A stretch of 63,841 nt of DNA, the filler included, from Bacteroidales bacterium (GTDB lineage Bacteria > Bacteroidota > Bacteroidia > Bacteroidales > CAIWKO01), in NCBI GenBank assembly GCA_035389045.1. It is 3 parts of 3 records of this genome, joined end to end, with 100 filler letters (N's around TTAATTAATTAA, not from the genome) between each part and the next. Parts side by side here need not be neighbours in the genome. Positions count along the whole stretch, not along the records: positions 1 to 26,629 come from DAOORA010000062.1; 2 more parts are not named here. The stretch is one strand, 5' to 3'. The notes below the pieces were generated by a model. That model saw only the letters and a program-made list of their open reading frames with translations, was not told where the DNA came from and ran no database searches. Below are positions 1-9,896 of this stretch, piece by piece (within the stretch, counting starts at the first letter, position 1; each line of letters starts with the position of its first letter). A program made the position numbers and the translations under genes.

Positions 1-159
1 GCAGATTTTGCAGACATAGTTTATCCTATGTCGAAAAATCTAACGAAGTTGCAGTAAAAAAGACGCATAAAGATATGGAAAGATAAAATCAAAACAATTT
101 CTCAATTTATGAAACAATTAAAGCATGTATTTTTTATATATTTACACAAATTTTTTTTT

Positions 160-1107
160 ATGTTCAGAAAGTTGTCCGGATATATCAAAGATTTTTTCAC
201 GTTCAACAAAAGCGAGCGTCGTGGCCTGCTGGTGCTGTGCATACTGATATTGCTGCTGATCATTTTCAACATTATCCTTCCGTATCTGAAAACACAGGAA
301 AAATACGATTATAATCATTTTGATAAAGAAGTGGCTGAATTTTTAAAAACCAGGGAAATAATTTCGACCCGGCCAAAAACATACAGACAGAAAGACCCGT
401 TCAATATCTTTGATGTCAATGCTTCTGCCGTAGAACAGAAATTAAACCCCTTTGTGTTTGACCCGAATACCCTGCCATACGACGGATTTATCGAAATGGG
501 CCTTAGCACGAAACAAGCCGTAACCATATCGAAGTATCGCACCAAAGGAGGAAAGTTCTTTAAAAAAGAAGATTTTAAAAAAATTTACGGTATCACAGAT
601 AAGGAATATGAAACACTGGAGCCGTTCATAGAGATCAAAGCTGCCAGTAAGAAGTTTAAGGATGATTCTTTGAATAAAGAAAACAAATTTTCAAAAGATG
701 AAAAGAAGCTCCGGATTGATTTAAACACGGCGACAGAAGAAGAGCTGAAAAAGATCAGAGGCATAGGAAATTATTTTGCAATTCAGATTATTAAATTCCG
801 CAATCGTCTGGGAGGATATCGGGCAAAAGAGCAGTTGCTTGAGGTGCCGAAAATGGATAGTGCAAGATACGTTGAAATAAGTCCTTTTGTCGAGGTAAAT
901 GCCAGGGCGGTTCGCAGAATAAACATAAACACGGCCACGTTCGACGAACTGAAAGAGCACCCCTATATTGGTTATAATATTGCGCTTTCGCTGATCAATT
1001 ACCGCATGGTTCACGGACAGTATGTACAAGTCAGCGATATAAAAAATTCAGCACTTATTAACGATGCGAATTATCAGAAGATTTCGTATTATCTTTGCAC
1101 ACAATAA
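160..1107 (+). CDS. ComEA-like helix-hairpin-helix DNA-binding protein with N-terminal membrane anchor
   Basis: One N-terminal TM segment and repeated HhH modules (DLNTATEEELKKIRGIG, ININTATFDELKEHPYIG). ATG160 (MFRKLS) preferred over the ORF-track start at 109. Confidence 0.85.
   Translation: MFRKLSGYIKDFFTFNKSERRGLLVLCILILLLIIFNIILPYLKTQEKYDYNHFDKEVAEFLKTREIISTRPKTYRQKDPFNIFDVNASAVEQKLNPFVFDPNTLPYDGFIEMGLSTKQAVTISKYRTKGGKFFKKEDFKKIYGITDKEYETLEPFIEIKAASKKFKDDSLNKENKFSKDEKKLRIDLNTATEEELKKIRGIGNYFAIQIIKFRNRLGGYRAKEQLLEVPKMDSARYVEISPFVEVNARAVRRININTATFDELKEHPYIGYNIALSLINYRMVHGQYVQVSDIKNSALINDANYQKISYYLCTQ
1090..1097 (+). promoter_or_regulatory. Bacteroidota sigma-A -7 element (TAnnTTTG) upstream of the thioredoxin gene
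   Basis: TATCTTTG about 80 nt before ATG1180. Confidence 0.5.
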
Positions 1108-1179
1108 TTCAGAATTCAGATTTCAGAACTCAGCATTATGGTTTGATATTTGATGATTTGAATCCGCAAAAAAATAAAC

Positions 1180-1728
1180 ATGAAAAAAATATCCCTGACC
1201 ATCCTTACTGTCATCGTTTTGGCCGGTTTTACCCTCGCTCAGAAAAGTAAAAACAAGACTGTGGTTTTCAAATGGTATTCTTTTGAAGAAGCTTTGGAAC
1301 TGAACAAGAAGAACCCCAAAAAGATCTTTGTGGATGTATTTACGGAATGGTGCGGCTGGTGCAAAAAAATGGATGCCAGCACTTTTGCCGACAGCATCAT
1401 CAGAAACTATATGGCTCAGCACTATTATCCCGTAAAACTTGATGCCGAACGTAAGGATACCGTGTTTTTCAACGGAAGCTATTATGTGAATCCAAGCCCC
1501 GGGGCGCCGCGTTCAAGTCATCAGCTTGCTGTAGCCCTGCTGCAGGGACGTATGCAATACCCTTCGTTCGTGATACTAAATGAGAAGTTCGAAATACTTA
1601 ATACCATCATTGGTTTCAAATCGGCAAAAGACCTTGAACCCATACTGCATTTTTTCGGGGACAATGCCTTTGAAAAAACCACTTTTGCCAAGTATGCAGA
1701 AACATTTGTGGGGGCGGTTACGCAATAG
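1180..1728 (+). CDS. Exported thioredoxin-family protein (DUF255/thioredoxin-like)
   Basis: Signal peptide and FVDVFTEWCGWCKKM CxxC motif. Confidence 0.9.
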   Translation: MKKISLTILTVIVLAGFTLAQKSKNKTVVFKWYSFEEALELNKKNPKKIFVDVFTEWCGWCKKMDASTFADSIIRNYMAQHYYPVKLDAERKDTVFFNGSYYVNPSPGAPRSSHQLAVALLQGRMQYPSFVILNEKFEILNTIIGFKSAKDLEPILHFFGDNAFEKTTFAKYAETFVGAVTQ

Positions 1729-1978
1729 AGAATTTTGATTTTTTATAGTGTGCATTTTCAATCGGAAGTGCAGCAATTTTATTTAGCCCGGGCTGTCACA
1801 GGAATATATCTGTATCCTGAATGTCGCAATTTCGGAAACTGAATTAATTTTTTTCTGCATTTTCATATAGGACTTTTATGAAGATGTTTGAATTCTAAAT
1901 ACCCGATTTTCTTATTTTTAGCTAATCGCATTTTTAAAATAAAATGTTAATATTCTTGTTATTTGCTTTTCTATGTCG

Positions 1979-1986
1979 TACATTTG
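1979..1986 (+). promoter_or_regulatory. -7 promoter element for the 669-aa gene
   Basis: TACATTTG in AT-rich DNA about 95 nt upstream of ATG2082. Confidence 0.55.
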
Positions 1987-2081
1987 AAACTTTAATTATT
2001 TTATAATCAATCATTTCAAGTATTGACAGGAGATGCCGAAAATCCGATAAAGAGTAGGCAAAAACATTAAAACAAACAAAA

Positions 2082-4091
2082 ATGGAAAAATTAATTGACG
2101 GTCTTGGAGGAGCGATTGGATCACGCTACCTGAAGAATCACAACCAACTAATATTTGTAGAATATGGTGGTTCCATATCCAAATATAATCTGGCTTCGTC
2201 ATGGGCTTCTACGGTTTCTCAGGGTTTTACCACCCTGAAAGGTACCTGGTTGTTCGATTGTGAGACCGGTATTAATGTTCCTTATGCTCAGCAATCAATC
2301 GCTGATATTTGGTGGAATCAACTCACCACTGTAAAACGCCAGATGATGCCCTGGGGCAATTCCAGAATTGTTAATTTAGGAAAAGTAAATTTCAACCTCA
2401 TTACCCCTTTTCTCATCCAGACTTATTTATACAGCACAGCTCCAATAATAGGAAATAATGATGCGACTAATAAATTGGTTGCCGGTGATGTTTTTTGTGT
2501 TAAGACAAAAGCCGGTAATTATTGTAAAATAAAAATTGTTACCTATGGATATGACTTGCAGATACAGTGGAAGACTTATAAACTTAATCCTTCATATTCC
2601 AAAATCGGCACGGGCTATAATCAGCCGGAAGATATATCAGTTTTATCTGATGAAAATACGGCTTATGTAACCGAACGTGGAGGTAATCTCTTAAGAGTTA
2701 ATTTGTTAAATGCCAATCGTTCCGCTGCAACAGTAGTGTGTTCCGGCTTGAATACACCTCAGCAGCTTTGGGTTGATGAGGCTCATAATCAGGCATACAT
2801 CGTTGAATATGCACATCCCGGCAGATTAGTACGGATCGACCTGGCTACAGGTGTAAAAACAGTTCTTTTTAACGGATTAAACCTGGCGGTGGGGTTAATT
2901 ATAACCGCTGACCTGGCATCAGCCTATATAAGCGAGCAGGGAATATCTGGCATCAGCAAAGTGAATTTATCTTCCGGAATTAAAACAGTTGTCGCAACAG
3001 GCCTCACCAATCCATTTTTCCTGACTTGGGCAGATGCTTCTGAAAGCAGCATTATGGTACCTGAACGTGATCCTGTGAACAGGGTTTCATTGGTTGATAT
3101 TTCTATGACAGCAGGTAATGTTAATGTTCTGATTCCGAATACAGCCTTCAGACCATCAAGCGTTGCCATTATAAAGTCAGGTACTTATTGTGTGTTTTGT
3201 AATGATGAAATTGATGAATATATTCTTGCAGCAGGCGTATCCACCGGATTGTATATGGGCATTGGAAATGTTCCGTTTAACCTGATCACGGGTGATGGTA
3301 AAGCGGATACAACAGGAACTACCCCCCCATATTTATATCAGTTTCCAAAAGATTCACCTTTTGGGGGGACGCTTCCGGTACAGGTAAATCACTACCGGGC
3401 CTGGGATTCCGGAGCCAGATATTATCGTATACTGATTGATGGAAATGCCCGCCATGATACATGGAACGACCTGAAGTTGAATCCTGCCAATGGCAGATAT
3501 GAGATCCCCGTAACTATAAAGGCAGATACAAACGGTTTTTACAAAATCCTTAGCCCTGCAGACGTGTATTATAATATTTTGCTTGGATGCTCACTTGCAA
3601 GTACCGATCTTCCCAACGGTAAGCATGACTTCTCAGTTGAGTTTTATTATACTGCAAATGCCGCAAATAAAATAATAAGTGAATGTAAAACACATAAATT
3701 GTTTATTGATAATAATCAATGTGTTGCTTCACTTGATATGCCCATATTAGATGGGAGCAGTGCTACGCCGCAATGTGGCTATCTTAAATATACAGATAAA
3801 ACACATGAGGTTACTCTTCGTTATTCCGCCTATCATCCTATGGGTTTTGGGATTTATACTTATGCTATCATTAAAGGCGCAAATTATCTTCATCCTCCCA
3901 TTTCCGGTAAGCTGGTACCAAATCCCTTAGTAATAGATTATAAGGAAAGCGTTTTATCGTTATTAGGCACCTGTCCGACAGTGGCAGCATTTTCTGAATC
4001 TATTTATGTAGCCACAACTGTTATAAATGGAGTCTCTCGTCAAAGTCAATACGATGCATCAAAAACAATTGCTTTTTGCCTGGCCCCGTAA
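2082..4091 (+). CDS. Hypothetical multidomain protein: NHL/SMP-30-like beta-propeller with an inserted N-terminal domain and an unknown C-terminal beta domain
   Basis: 669-aa ORF with blade repeats GYNQPEDI, GLNTPQQL, GLNLAVGL, GLTNPFFL, AFRPSSV at ~42-aa spacing. No signal peptide. Confidence 0.75.
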   Translation: MEKLIDGLGGAIGSRYLKNHNQLIFVEYGGSISKYNLASSWASTVSQGFTTLKGTWLFDCETGINVPYAQQSIADIWWNQLTTVKRQMMPWGNSRIVNLGKVNFNLITPFLIQTYLYSTAPIIGNNDATNKLVAGDVFCVKTKAGNYCKIKIVTYGYDLQIQWKTYKLNPSYSKIGTGYNQPEDISVLSDENTAYVTERGGNLLRVNLLNANRSAATVVCSGLNTPQQLWVDEAHNQAYIVEYAHPGRLVRIDLATGVKTVLFNGLNLAVGLIITADLASAYISEQGISGISKVNLSSGIKTVVATGLTNPFFLTWADASESSIMVPERDPVNRVSLVDISMTAGNVNVLIPNTAFRPSSVAIIKSGTYCVFCNDEIDEYILAAGVSTGLYMGIGNVPFNLITGDGKADTTGTTPPYLYQFPKDSPFGGTLPVQVNHYRAWDSGARYYRILIDGNARHDTWNDLKLNPANGRYEIPVTIKADTNGFYKILSPADVYYNILLGCSLASTDLPNGKHDFSVEFYYTANAANKIISECKTHKLFIDNNQCVASLDMPILDGSSATPQCGYLKYTDKTHEVTLRYSAYHPMGFGIYTYAIIKGANYLHPPISGKLVPNPLVIDYKESVLSLLGTCPTVAAFSESIYVATTVINGVSRQSQYDASKTIAFCLAP

Positions 4092-4172
4092 TTTGATCCG
4101 TGTTAGATGATGATATCTTGTAAAATCAATGTGTAAATAATTTGGGTTTTGCCTTTTTATACCGGTACGACC

Positions 4173-4338
4173 TGTTTAGTAACCACCATATTTTAGTTTG
4201 TTTTGATCCTAAGATATGCAACAGAACAGAAATAAACCCCATCAGATATTGTTGCCGTATTAATATCAATTTGATTTTACCTCTTACAGCACCTATATAT
4301 TCTTTACGGATAGTTTTACTCAGAACCTTATTAATATT
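4173..4338 (-). pseudogene. Frameshifted remnant of a T9SS type A C-terminal sorting domain
   Basis: Minus strand across frameshifts reads KVLSKTIRKEYIGAVRG / NQIDINTATISDGVYFCSV / KQTK / MVVTK, matching the LxxGvY...K.vv CTD signature. Confidence 0.55.
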
Positions 4339-4429
4339 AAAACGGAATAGAGGATTTTATTAAAATTAAATATTTTGTTAATAAATATTATTTTTTATTA
4401 TAATCTTATTAAAAAAAAGTTAATAAAGT

Positions 4430-4460
4430 TTTGCTTTCCCATTCTATTATTGTAGATTTG
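4430..4460 (+). promoter_or_regulatory. Bacteroidota sigma-A promoter (-33 TTTG / -7 TAGATTTG) for the giant-protein operon
   Basis: TTTG at 4430-4433, 19-nt spacer, TAGATTTG at 4453-4460 (canonical spacing). Confidence 0.65.
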
Positions 4461-4649
4461 TACAATAATGTTCTTTGGATACCTTATTATTGTAAAAAAT
4501 ACACAATTCCCTGCTGATTTATGTACCCTTTACTTCCTTGTCAGGTCGAACGATACTATTGGATACCTTAAGGATTTAAACACCCAGATCACAAAACTTT
4601 GGATTTTACAAGATCATTTATTTTTCACAAATTTTTATAAATCAATATT

Positions 4650-7600
4650 ATGGAAATTAATCAACTGACTGCCATACTGACGACCCTGACAGGGCATCTG
4701 CAGTCTTCAAATGATGAAGACGAAAAAAATATCGAAATGCTGCAGGTTTCGGTCGCCGAAGCGCTCATGCAACAGGATCCGTCTACAATCCTGAGCCCGG
4801 AACTGGTCTTTGAAAAAAGCGATTTGTTCATGTCTTCAAAAGTAGAGGGCAATCGTCTGAAAAAAATCAGTGAACTGGCAAATGTGGTCAGTAAGGGTGG
4901 GAAACTTACCGAAATGAATGTTTTTGTCAGAAGGGTCCCTGTCAGAAGTACACAGATACCCGGAAGCATTACTTCTGCTTCTGCCGGCGCCCGTGTTCGA
5001 ACTATAGGCCCGCTCCCGGACGGGCGGGGTACTTCGAGATGGTTTGATTTTGTGAAAGTAAAAAAACTGATATCCTTATATGTGCAGGGGCAAAGTAAAC
5101 CCGTGATGTTGTTCGATGCCACCTTTAAGAAACCCAGGTTGACCCTGCCTAATGCCAAACCGATTGAACTTACCAAAACATTTAATGTCGATCCGGAATC
5201 GGTGTGGATACATGCGAGGGTGTTTTCAGCCGATGTGCCCGATGATCTGTATTGCGGATTAAGGGTGAAAAGCGGCACCATTACACTTAATGCCGATCCT
5301 TTTATGGCAGGAACCCGCCTTACTGTATCTGCTGCAACACTGATAAGCGCTGATCTGTCTCTTGAACAAAATGACAATTTTGACGATGATCCCTCAAGCC
5401 CTTACGGAATAGATGCGCGACAAGCAAGCATCCATTTGCCGGACAATTTAAAATTCACAATAAAGAATAATGTAAGGCAGTTTACGGCTATTAATCCTGC
5501 CAGATGGACGCTGTATGGTCATACGGATAATTTCATTTATGAGAATGATCAGAATTGCATTTATAACGGTTTTATTGGCCGCGTCGGAGTCCCTATGCGA
5601 TGTGACAACCTTCAGTTTGCAGCGCCGGATTGTAAGTCTCCGTTCATGAATCTGAGAGGCTCGGCAAAAATTTCAAACAGCTGGTGGACGCTGCCGGTCA
5701 CAAAACTTGACCTCGCAAATCCACTGGAAGCGGATAGTAACGGAGCGCTCATTATCGGATGCGAAAAAGGACTTACTATCCGATGGACGAACCTTCAGAA
5801 CAAGGCCGTTTCATTGAAAAATCCATTCATACTCGCCGAGCCGGGGCGGATATGTTTCACCGATATGCAGAGCGACGGAAGCGGCGCCTTTCAGAAATTC
5901 GATGGGTGGAAAGATGATCAAAATCCCTACGGGACAACTTTTGAATGTAAATTCAGGAAAGCTGCGATAATGATCTGCAACTCGGTTGCCAGCGGCCACG
6001 AATTGTTATTCGGGTCATGCGACTGGGATATCAAAACCGACCGGCCGGTGAAAGTGAACGGCGAAGCTGTTTCTGTAAAAACAAAGAACAGCCCGTTCAT
6101 CATCGCGCTGGGCAAGGCAAAAGCGCTGCTGGCCGTGATAGACCAGGATATATTGTGGGATAACAAACTTCCAGCGGATGAAATCCCTCATGTTACACCC
6201 TATGCCCTGGCCATGCATAATGCGCTCTTCACGGTAACGCCGCCCAACAGCCTGGTTGTGTTTGCAGAGGCCACGCCAGACCTGAAAGAGCTTTCGAAAG
6301 GGGTGATGTATCTCGGTTTCGGATTATTTTCATACCTGCCGACTCTGCCTGATCCCTATGCGGCCAATCTTGGCGTCATGAAAAGGCAGTTTGACCAAAA
6401 TATCCGCCCATCCGGAGTTGCCACACATAATCTTTTTAAAGGCAGTAAGGTATGGCTGTGGCTGATAGGCCTGGTGAAATGGTCGCCCCAGCCTCCTGAC
6501 GGGCATAAAGTGGACGTTTCTTTCCATTTTGCCCCCTTGTCAGCGCCACTTAATATTGAAAAAGAATATACACCCGAAGAAAATGCGGGCGGACAACCGC
6601 TGAATATCAGTGCAGGGCCGCCGACAGATATGTACAGGATTTTCGTACCGGCTGCTGTACCTCCGGAATCTTCAGGTACTGCTGCGACAGCTTATAGCCT
6701 TTCTCAAAGCCAGAATGTCAACAAACTTTTCAGTTTGACCGACTTTGCCCTGATCGATGTCAGCAGCAATGCCAACCAAATGGGGATTGCGTATGCGAAA
6801 ATGAACAACGGGCTTCAGGTGCATCTGGCACGAAAATACAAGGTTAACATAGCCGATGAAACCAATGCAAGCGTATTCCCGATACAGGTAAGCGGCCTGG
6901 ATGTTATCACGGCAGGGATGAATGCACAGGCATTTACCGTACCTTCGGTGGCCTGGGAGCCGGTTTTTAATCTGACCCATCCCGATATTGCCGGCGATCC
7001 GCCTGTAGGTTTTAATTACTATCCGAACGACGGTATAGCCACACGGGTGGGAAACCTGAGTAAAAATACGGTGAGTTTGGCGCCCATCCCGATGTCGGAG
7101 TTTTTAGTAGAAACATATAAAAACAAAGAAGACGGCAAAACATACGCCCTTTTTAACCTTCCTTTCGGTATGCTGGCGCTGACTATTCTGGATAATAAAT
7201 CGGCACAACAGAAAAAACCTTCTTTAGGGGAATCAAAACCTGTTTTTGGCAGTCTTGAAGGAGGTATTCAGCTTGAACTGAAAGCCGGGACCTCATTTAA
7301 TCCGATTGATGACAGCGATATGTTCGAAGGTTTCACCATACAGTTGATGAATATTAATGACATTAACGGTAATCCCACTAATGCAAGTACCCTGGCAAAA
7401 ACACCAACCACGATTTTTAATAACGAATTTTTTACGAATTCCAGCAGCCTTCCCGCAAGGCCGGGAGTGCCGTTAACAGGGATAAACCTCAGCGGCTATG
7501 GAGCCAGCATGTTCAGTGAATGGCAAAACAAAGGCGCTTTATTTGCCCAGACCAGCCAGGCACAGTTCAAGGTCATCACAGGCCGTACAAGCCACGAAGT

Positions 7601-9860
7601 GGTGCAGGTGAAAAGTATGTTGTACCCCTGGGGTATCAGGGTGGTACGAACCATTACCTTATTCAGGCTTGCCAATGGATATGTAGCCCGCATCGACAGC
7701 GGATGGAAGGCCGAGAGCGATGGCAAATATGATTTTTCTTATTATAAACCTATTGTTGACGCAAACGGTGTGGTTGTGGATAAAGAGTTTGTGCCCAATC
7801 CGTTTGGTTTTCAACCGGGTATTATCAGAGGATTATTTAATGTCAGGAATATTCACGAACAGCCCAAATCATTCAAATCAGGATCTGCTGAGTTGCAGGC
7901 CGTTACTTTTGATGCGGATGTTGAGTTGGAAAATGTCACCGAAGGCGGTGAAAACAACCGTGTTGCTTCAAAGGGTGTTGTAGCTTATGTACAGGTGGCC
8001 CCGGCCGGAGAACCCATCAACGCTACACAGTTTGCTGCACTGCTGAAATCAGAAAACAATTCCATCGGAGGCCCGGTAAGCTGTACGTTGAAAATAGCCG
8101 GTACTAATCAACGGATGAAAATAAACCGTTTTGATGTTAATAATTCTACTGATCCTGATAATTCTGAAAACAAAGAAATCTTTGTATGTGCGGCAAGAGG
8201 CTCTGTTATGATGCCAAAGGATGGTAGCTGGACTATGGTTCAGCACAACAGGGGTACAGGCGAAGTAACACCCTTGCCGGAACAACTGAACTTACCTCTG
8301 ATAAGGGTGGGAAAATGGGTGGCCGACAAGGTGGTGCAGGATGCCGATGTGCTGAATGTATGGCGCATAGCTCATCCTGAAGACCTTTTAAAGCCGCCTG
8401 ATGATAATACGGTAAGTTTTGGGTTTCTGCAAAACATGGGCACACAGAAGGTATTGTTCATGAAGCCGCTTTTCAAAAAAGGGGTGGAATCATTGATGAG
8501 CAATACGCCGCCGCTGCTTGCTGATTCATTCCGCCTGCTTGCCGGCAGCAGCATTTTTACGAATATCGGGAAGATGGAAGGCGATGACTTTGGCTCTGCG
8601 ATAGCCTTGTCGACAGGGGTGTCTGGCGGCACCCCGATGGAAGCGTTTAAAAAAATAACCACCGATGCTGGTGAAGTGTTTAATCTACTTGAGCTTTTGG
8701 AAGATGTGGAAGAGGGTTCAGGGAAATTGCTGGATCAGGGTTATAAGTTGTTGAAGAACTCTGTTAATGACCTTGCAGAGAACGCTCTTAATTTCGACCT
8801 GCCTTCGTTTGGTTTCAAGCTTGTGGACCTGCCCGAAATTCTGGTACTTGAATTGAAATATCAGACAAGCAGTAAAACCGACGGAAAAGACTATGTCGGG
8901 AAATTTGATTTTGATGTGAATTCATTTGCTTTGGATCTTGCGGACACGTGGAAGGGAAGGATGAATAACCTGGCGGTGGTGGTATCTATAGGGCCTATGA
9001 CAGAAGTCATGAAAATCAAAGGCAATTTTAATTCACAAAAAGGTAAAGATGTAGATCTTGGCAGCGGCGGAGCAGGTGAGTTACCCGTACCCGAAATCGA
9101 ATTCAGTGACGCTCTGCAACCCGTAATAGATATCCTTGAACTGTTGGCTTCTTTGAGTTCAGGCGATTATGCCGGCGCCCTGAAAAAAGGATTGAAAGTC
9201 GCCATGAGTAATAGTGGCGAACTATGGGAATATAAATTTTCGGCAGATAAAGAAATCGCCCTTATTCAGTTTCCGCCCCAGCCTGCCTATGATGCACCCC
9301 TGACGCCGCTAAAACTGGAGGCAAGCCTGAGCATAGGTATTTCCTGTAATGCAGCGCTCAAAGTCACCACCGACCCCAGCCAGTTGTTACCAACTGCCGG
9401 AGGTTATTTTAAATTTCATGGCGGACTTCAGGTAATGTGTGCTTCCCTTGGGGCTGCAAGCATTTATGCCGTCGGTAATGTGGATCTGAAGCTCGAGGTG
9501 GATACCAGCCCTAAACTTGCTGTGACAGTGGCATTCGGTTTCGGCGCACAGATCAATGTCGGTATTCCCGTGGTCGGAACAGCAAGCATCTTATTTATGG
9601 TGGGTGTGGAAATATATGTGGATACCACTGGAAAGCTCATGGTCACTGCTTTCATGTATTTTAGGGGCGAAGCAGAATTGCTCGGAGGCCTGGTGAGTGT
9701 CACCATCACCATTGAAGCCAGGGGAACCGTCGAAAAAACAAACTCAGACCAGCCTGCAAACTGCATTGCACAGGTAAGTTTTGCCATTGATATCACCGTA
9801 TTCTGGGTGATTGATATCAGTTTCAGCGAAAGCTGGGAGGAAAGCAGACAAATAGCATAA
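4650..9860 (+). CDS. Giant hypothetical protein (1736 aa), beta-rich, with a C-terminal amphipathic beta-meander
   Basis: Uninterrupted 5.2-kb ORF with no signal peptide and no recognisable catalytic motif. Confidence 0.9.
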   Translation: MEINQLTAILTTLTGHLQSSNDEDEKNIEMLQVSVAEALMQQDPSTILSPELVFEKSDLFMSSKVEGNRLKKISELANVVSKGGKLTEMNVFVRRVPVRSTQIPGSITSASAGARVRTIGPLPDGRGTSRWFDFVKVKKLISLYVQGQSKPVMLFDATFKKPRLTLPNAKPIELTKTFNVDPESVWIHARVFSADVPDDLYCGLRVKSGTITLNADPFMAGTRLTVSAATLISADLSLEQNDNFDDDPSSPYGIDARQASIHLPDNLKFTIKNNVRQFTAINPARWTLYGHTDNFIYENDQNCIYNGFIGRVGVPMRCDNLQFAAPDCKSPFMNLRGSAKISNSWWTLPVTKLDLANPLEADSNGALIIGCEKGLTIRWTNLQNKAVSLKNPFILAEPGRICFTDMQSDGSGAFQKFDGWKDDQNPYGTTFECKFRKAAIMICNSVASGHELLFGSCDWDIKTDRPVKVNGEAVSVKTKNSPFIIALGKAKALLAVIDQDILWDNKLPADEIPHVTPYALAMHNALFTVTPPNSLVVFAEATPDLKELSKGVMYLGFGLFSYLPTLPDPYAANLGVMKRQFDQNIRPSGVATHNLFKGSKVWLWLIGLVKWSPQPPDGHKVDVSFHFAPLSAPLNIEKEYTPEENAGGQPLNISAGPPTDMYRIFVPAAVPPESSGTAATAYSLSQSQNVNKLFSLTDFALIDVSSNANQMGIAYAKMNNGLQVHLARKYKVNIADETNASVFPIQVSGLDVITAGMNAQAFTVPSVAWEPVFNLTHPDIAGDPPVGFNYYPNDGIATRVGNLSKNTVSLAPIPMSEFLVETYKNKEDGKTYALFNLPFGMLALTILDNKSAQQKKPSLGESKPVFGSLEGGIQLELKAGTSFNPIDDSDMFEGFTIQLMNINDINGNPTNASTLAKTPTTIFNNEFFTNSSSLPARPGVPLTGINLSGYGASMFSEWQNKGALFAQTSQAQFKVITGRTSHEVVQVKSMLYPWGIRVVRTITLFRLANGYVARIDSGWKAESDGKYDFSYYKPIVDANGVVVDKEFVPNPFGFQPGIIRGLFNVRNIHEQPKSFKSGSAELQAVTFDADVELENVTEGGENNRVASKGVVAYVQVAPAGEPINATQFAALLKSENNSIGGPVSCTLKIAGTNQRMKINRFDVNNSTDPDNSENKEIFVCAARGSVMMPKDGSWTMVQHNRGTGEVTPLPEQLNLPLIRVGKWVADKVVQDADVLNVWRIAHPEDLLKPPDDNTVSFGFLQNMGTQKVLFMKPLFKKGVESLMSNTPPLLADSFRLLAGSSIFTNIGKMEGDDFGSAIALSTGVSGGTPMEAFKKITTDAGEVFNLLELLEDVEEGSGKLLDQGYKLLKNSVNDLAENALNFDLPSFGFKLVDLPEILVLELKYQTSSKTDGKDYVGKFDFDVNSFALDLADTWKGRMNNLAVVVSIGPMTEVMKIKGNFNSQKGKDVDLGSGGAGELPVPEIEFSDALQPVIDILELLASLSSGDYAGALKKGLKVAMSNSGELWEYKFSADKEIALIQFPPQPAYDAPLTPLKLEASLSIGISCNAALKVTTDPSQLLPTAGGYFKFHGGLQVMCASLGAASIYAVGNVDLKLEVDTSPKLAVTVAFGFGAQINVGIPVVGTASILFMVGVEIYVDTTGKLMVTAFMYFRGEAELLGGLVSVTITIEARGTVEKTNSDQPANCIAQVSFAIDITVFWVIDISFSESWEESRQIA

Positions 9861-9896
9861 TCAATATAAAGTATTAGAAATATAAAATATAATTAT

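Noticed and set aside
1730..2080. attL/attR duplicate of the tRNA-His 3' end at the left island boundary
   Set aside because: No copy of the tRNA 3' sequence was found by eye, and there is no integrase in the window.
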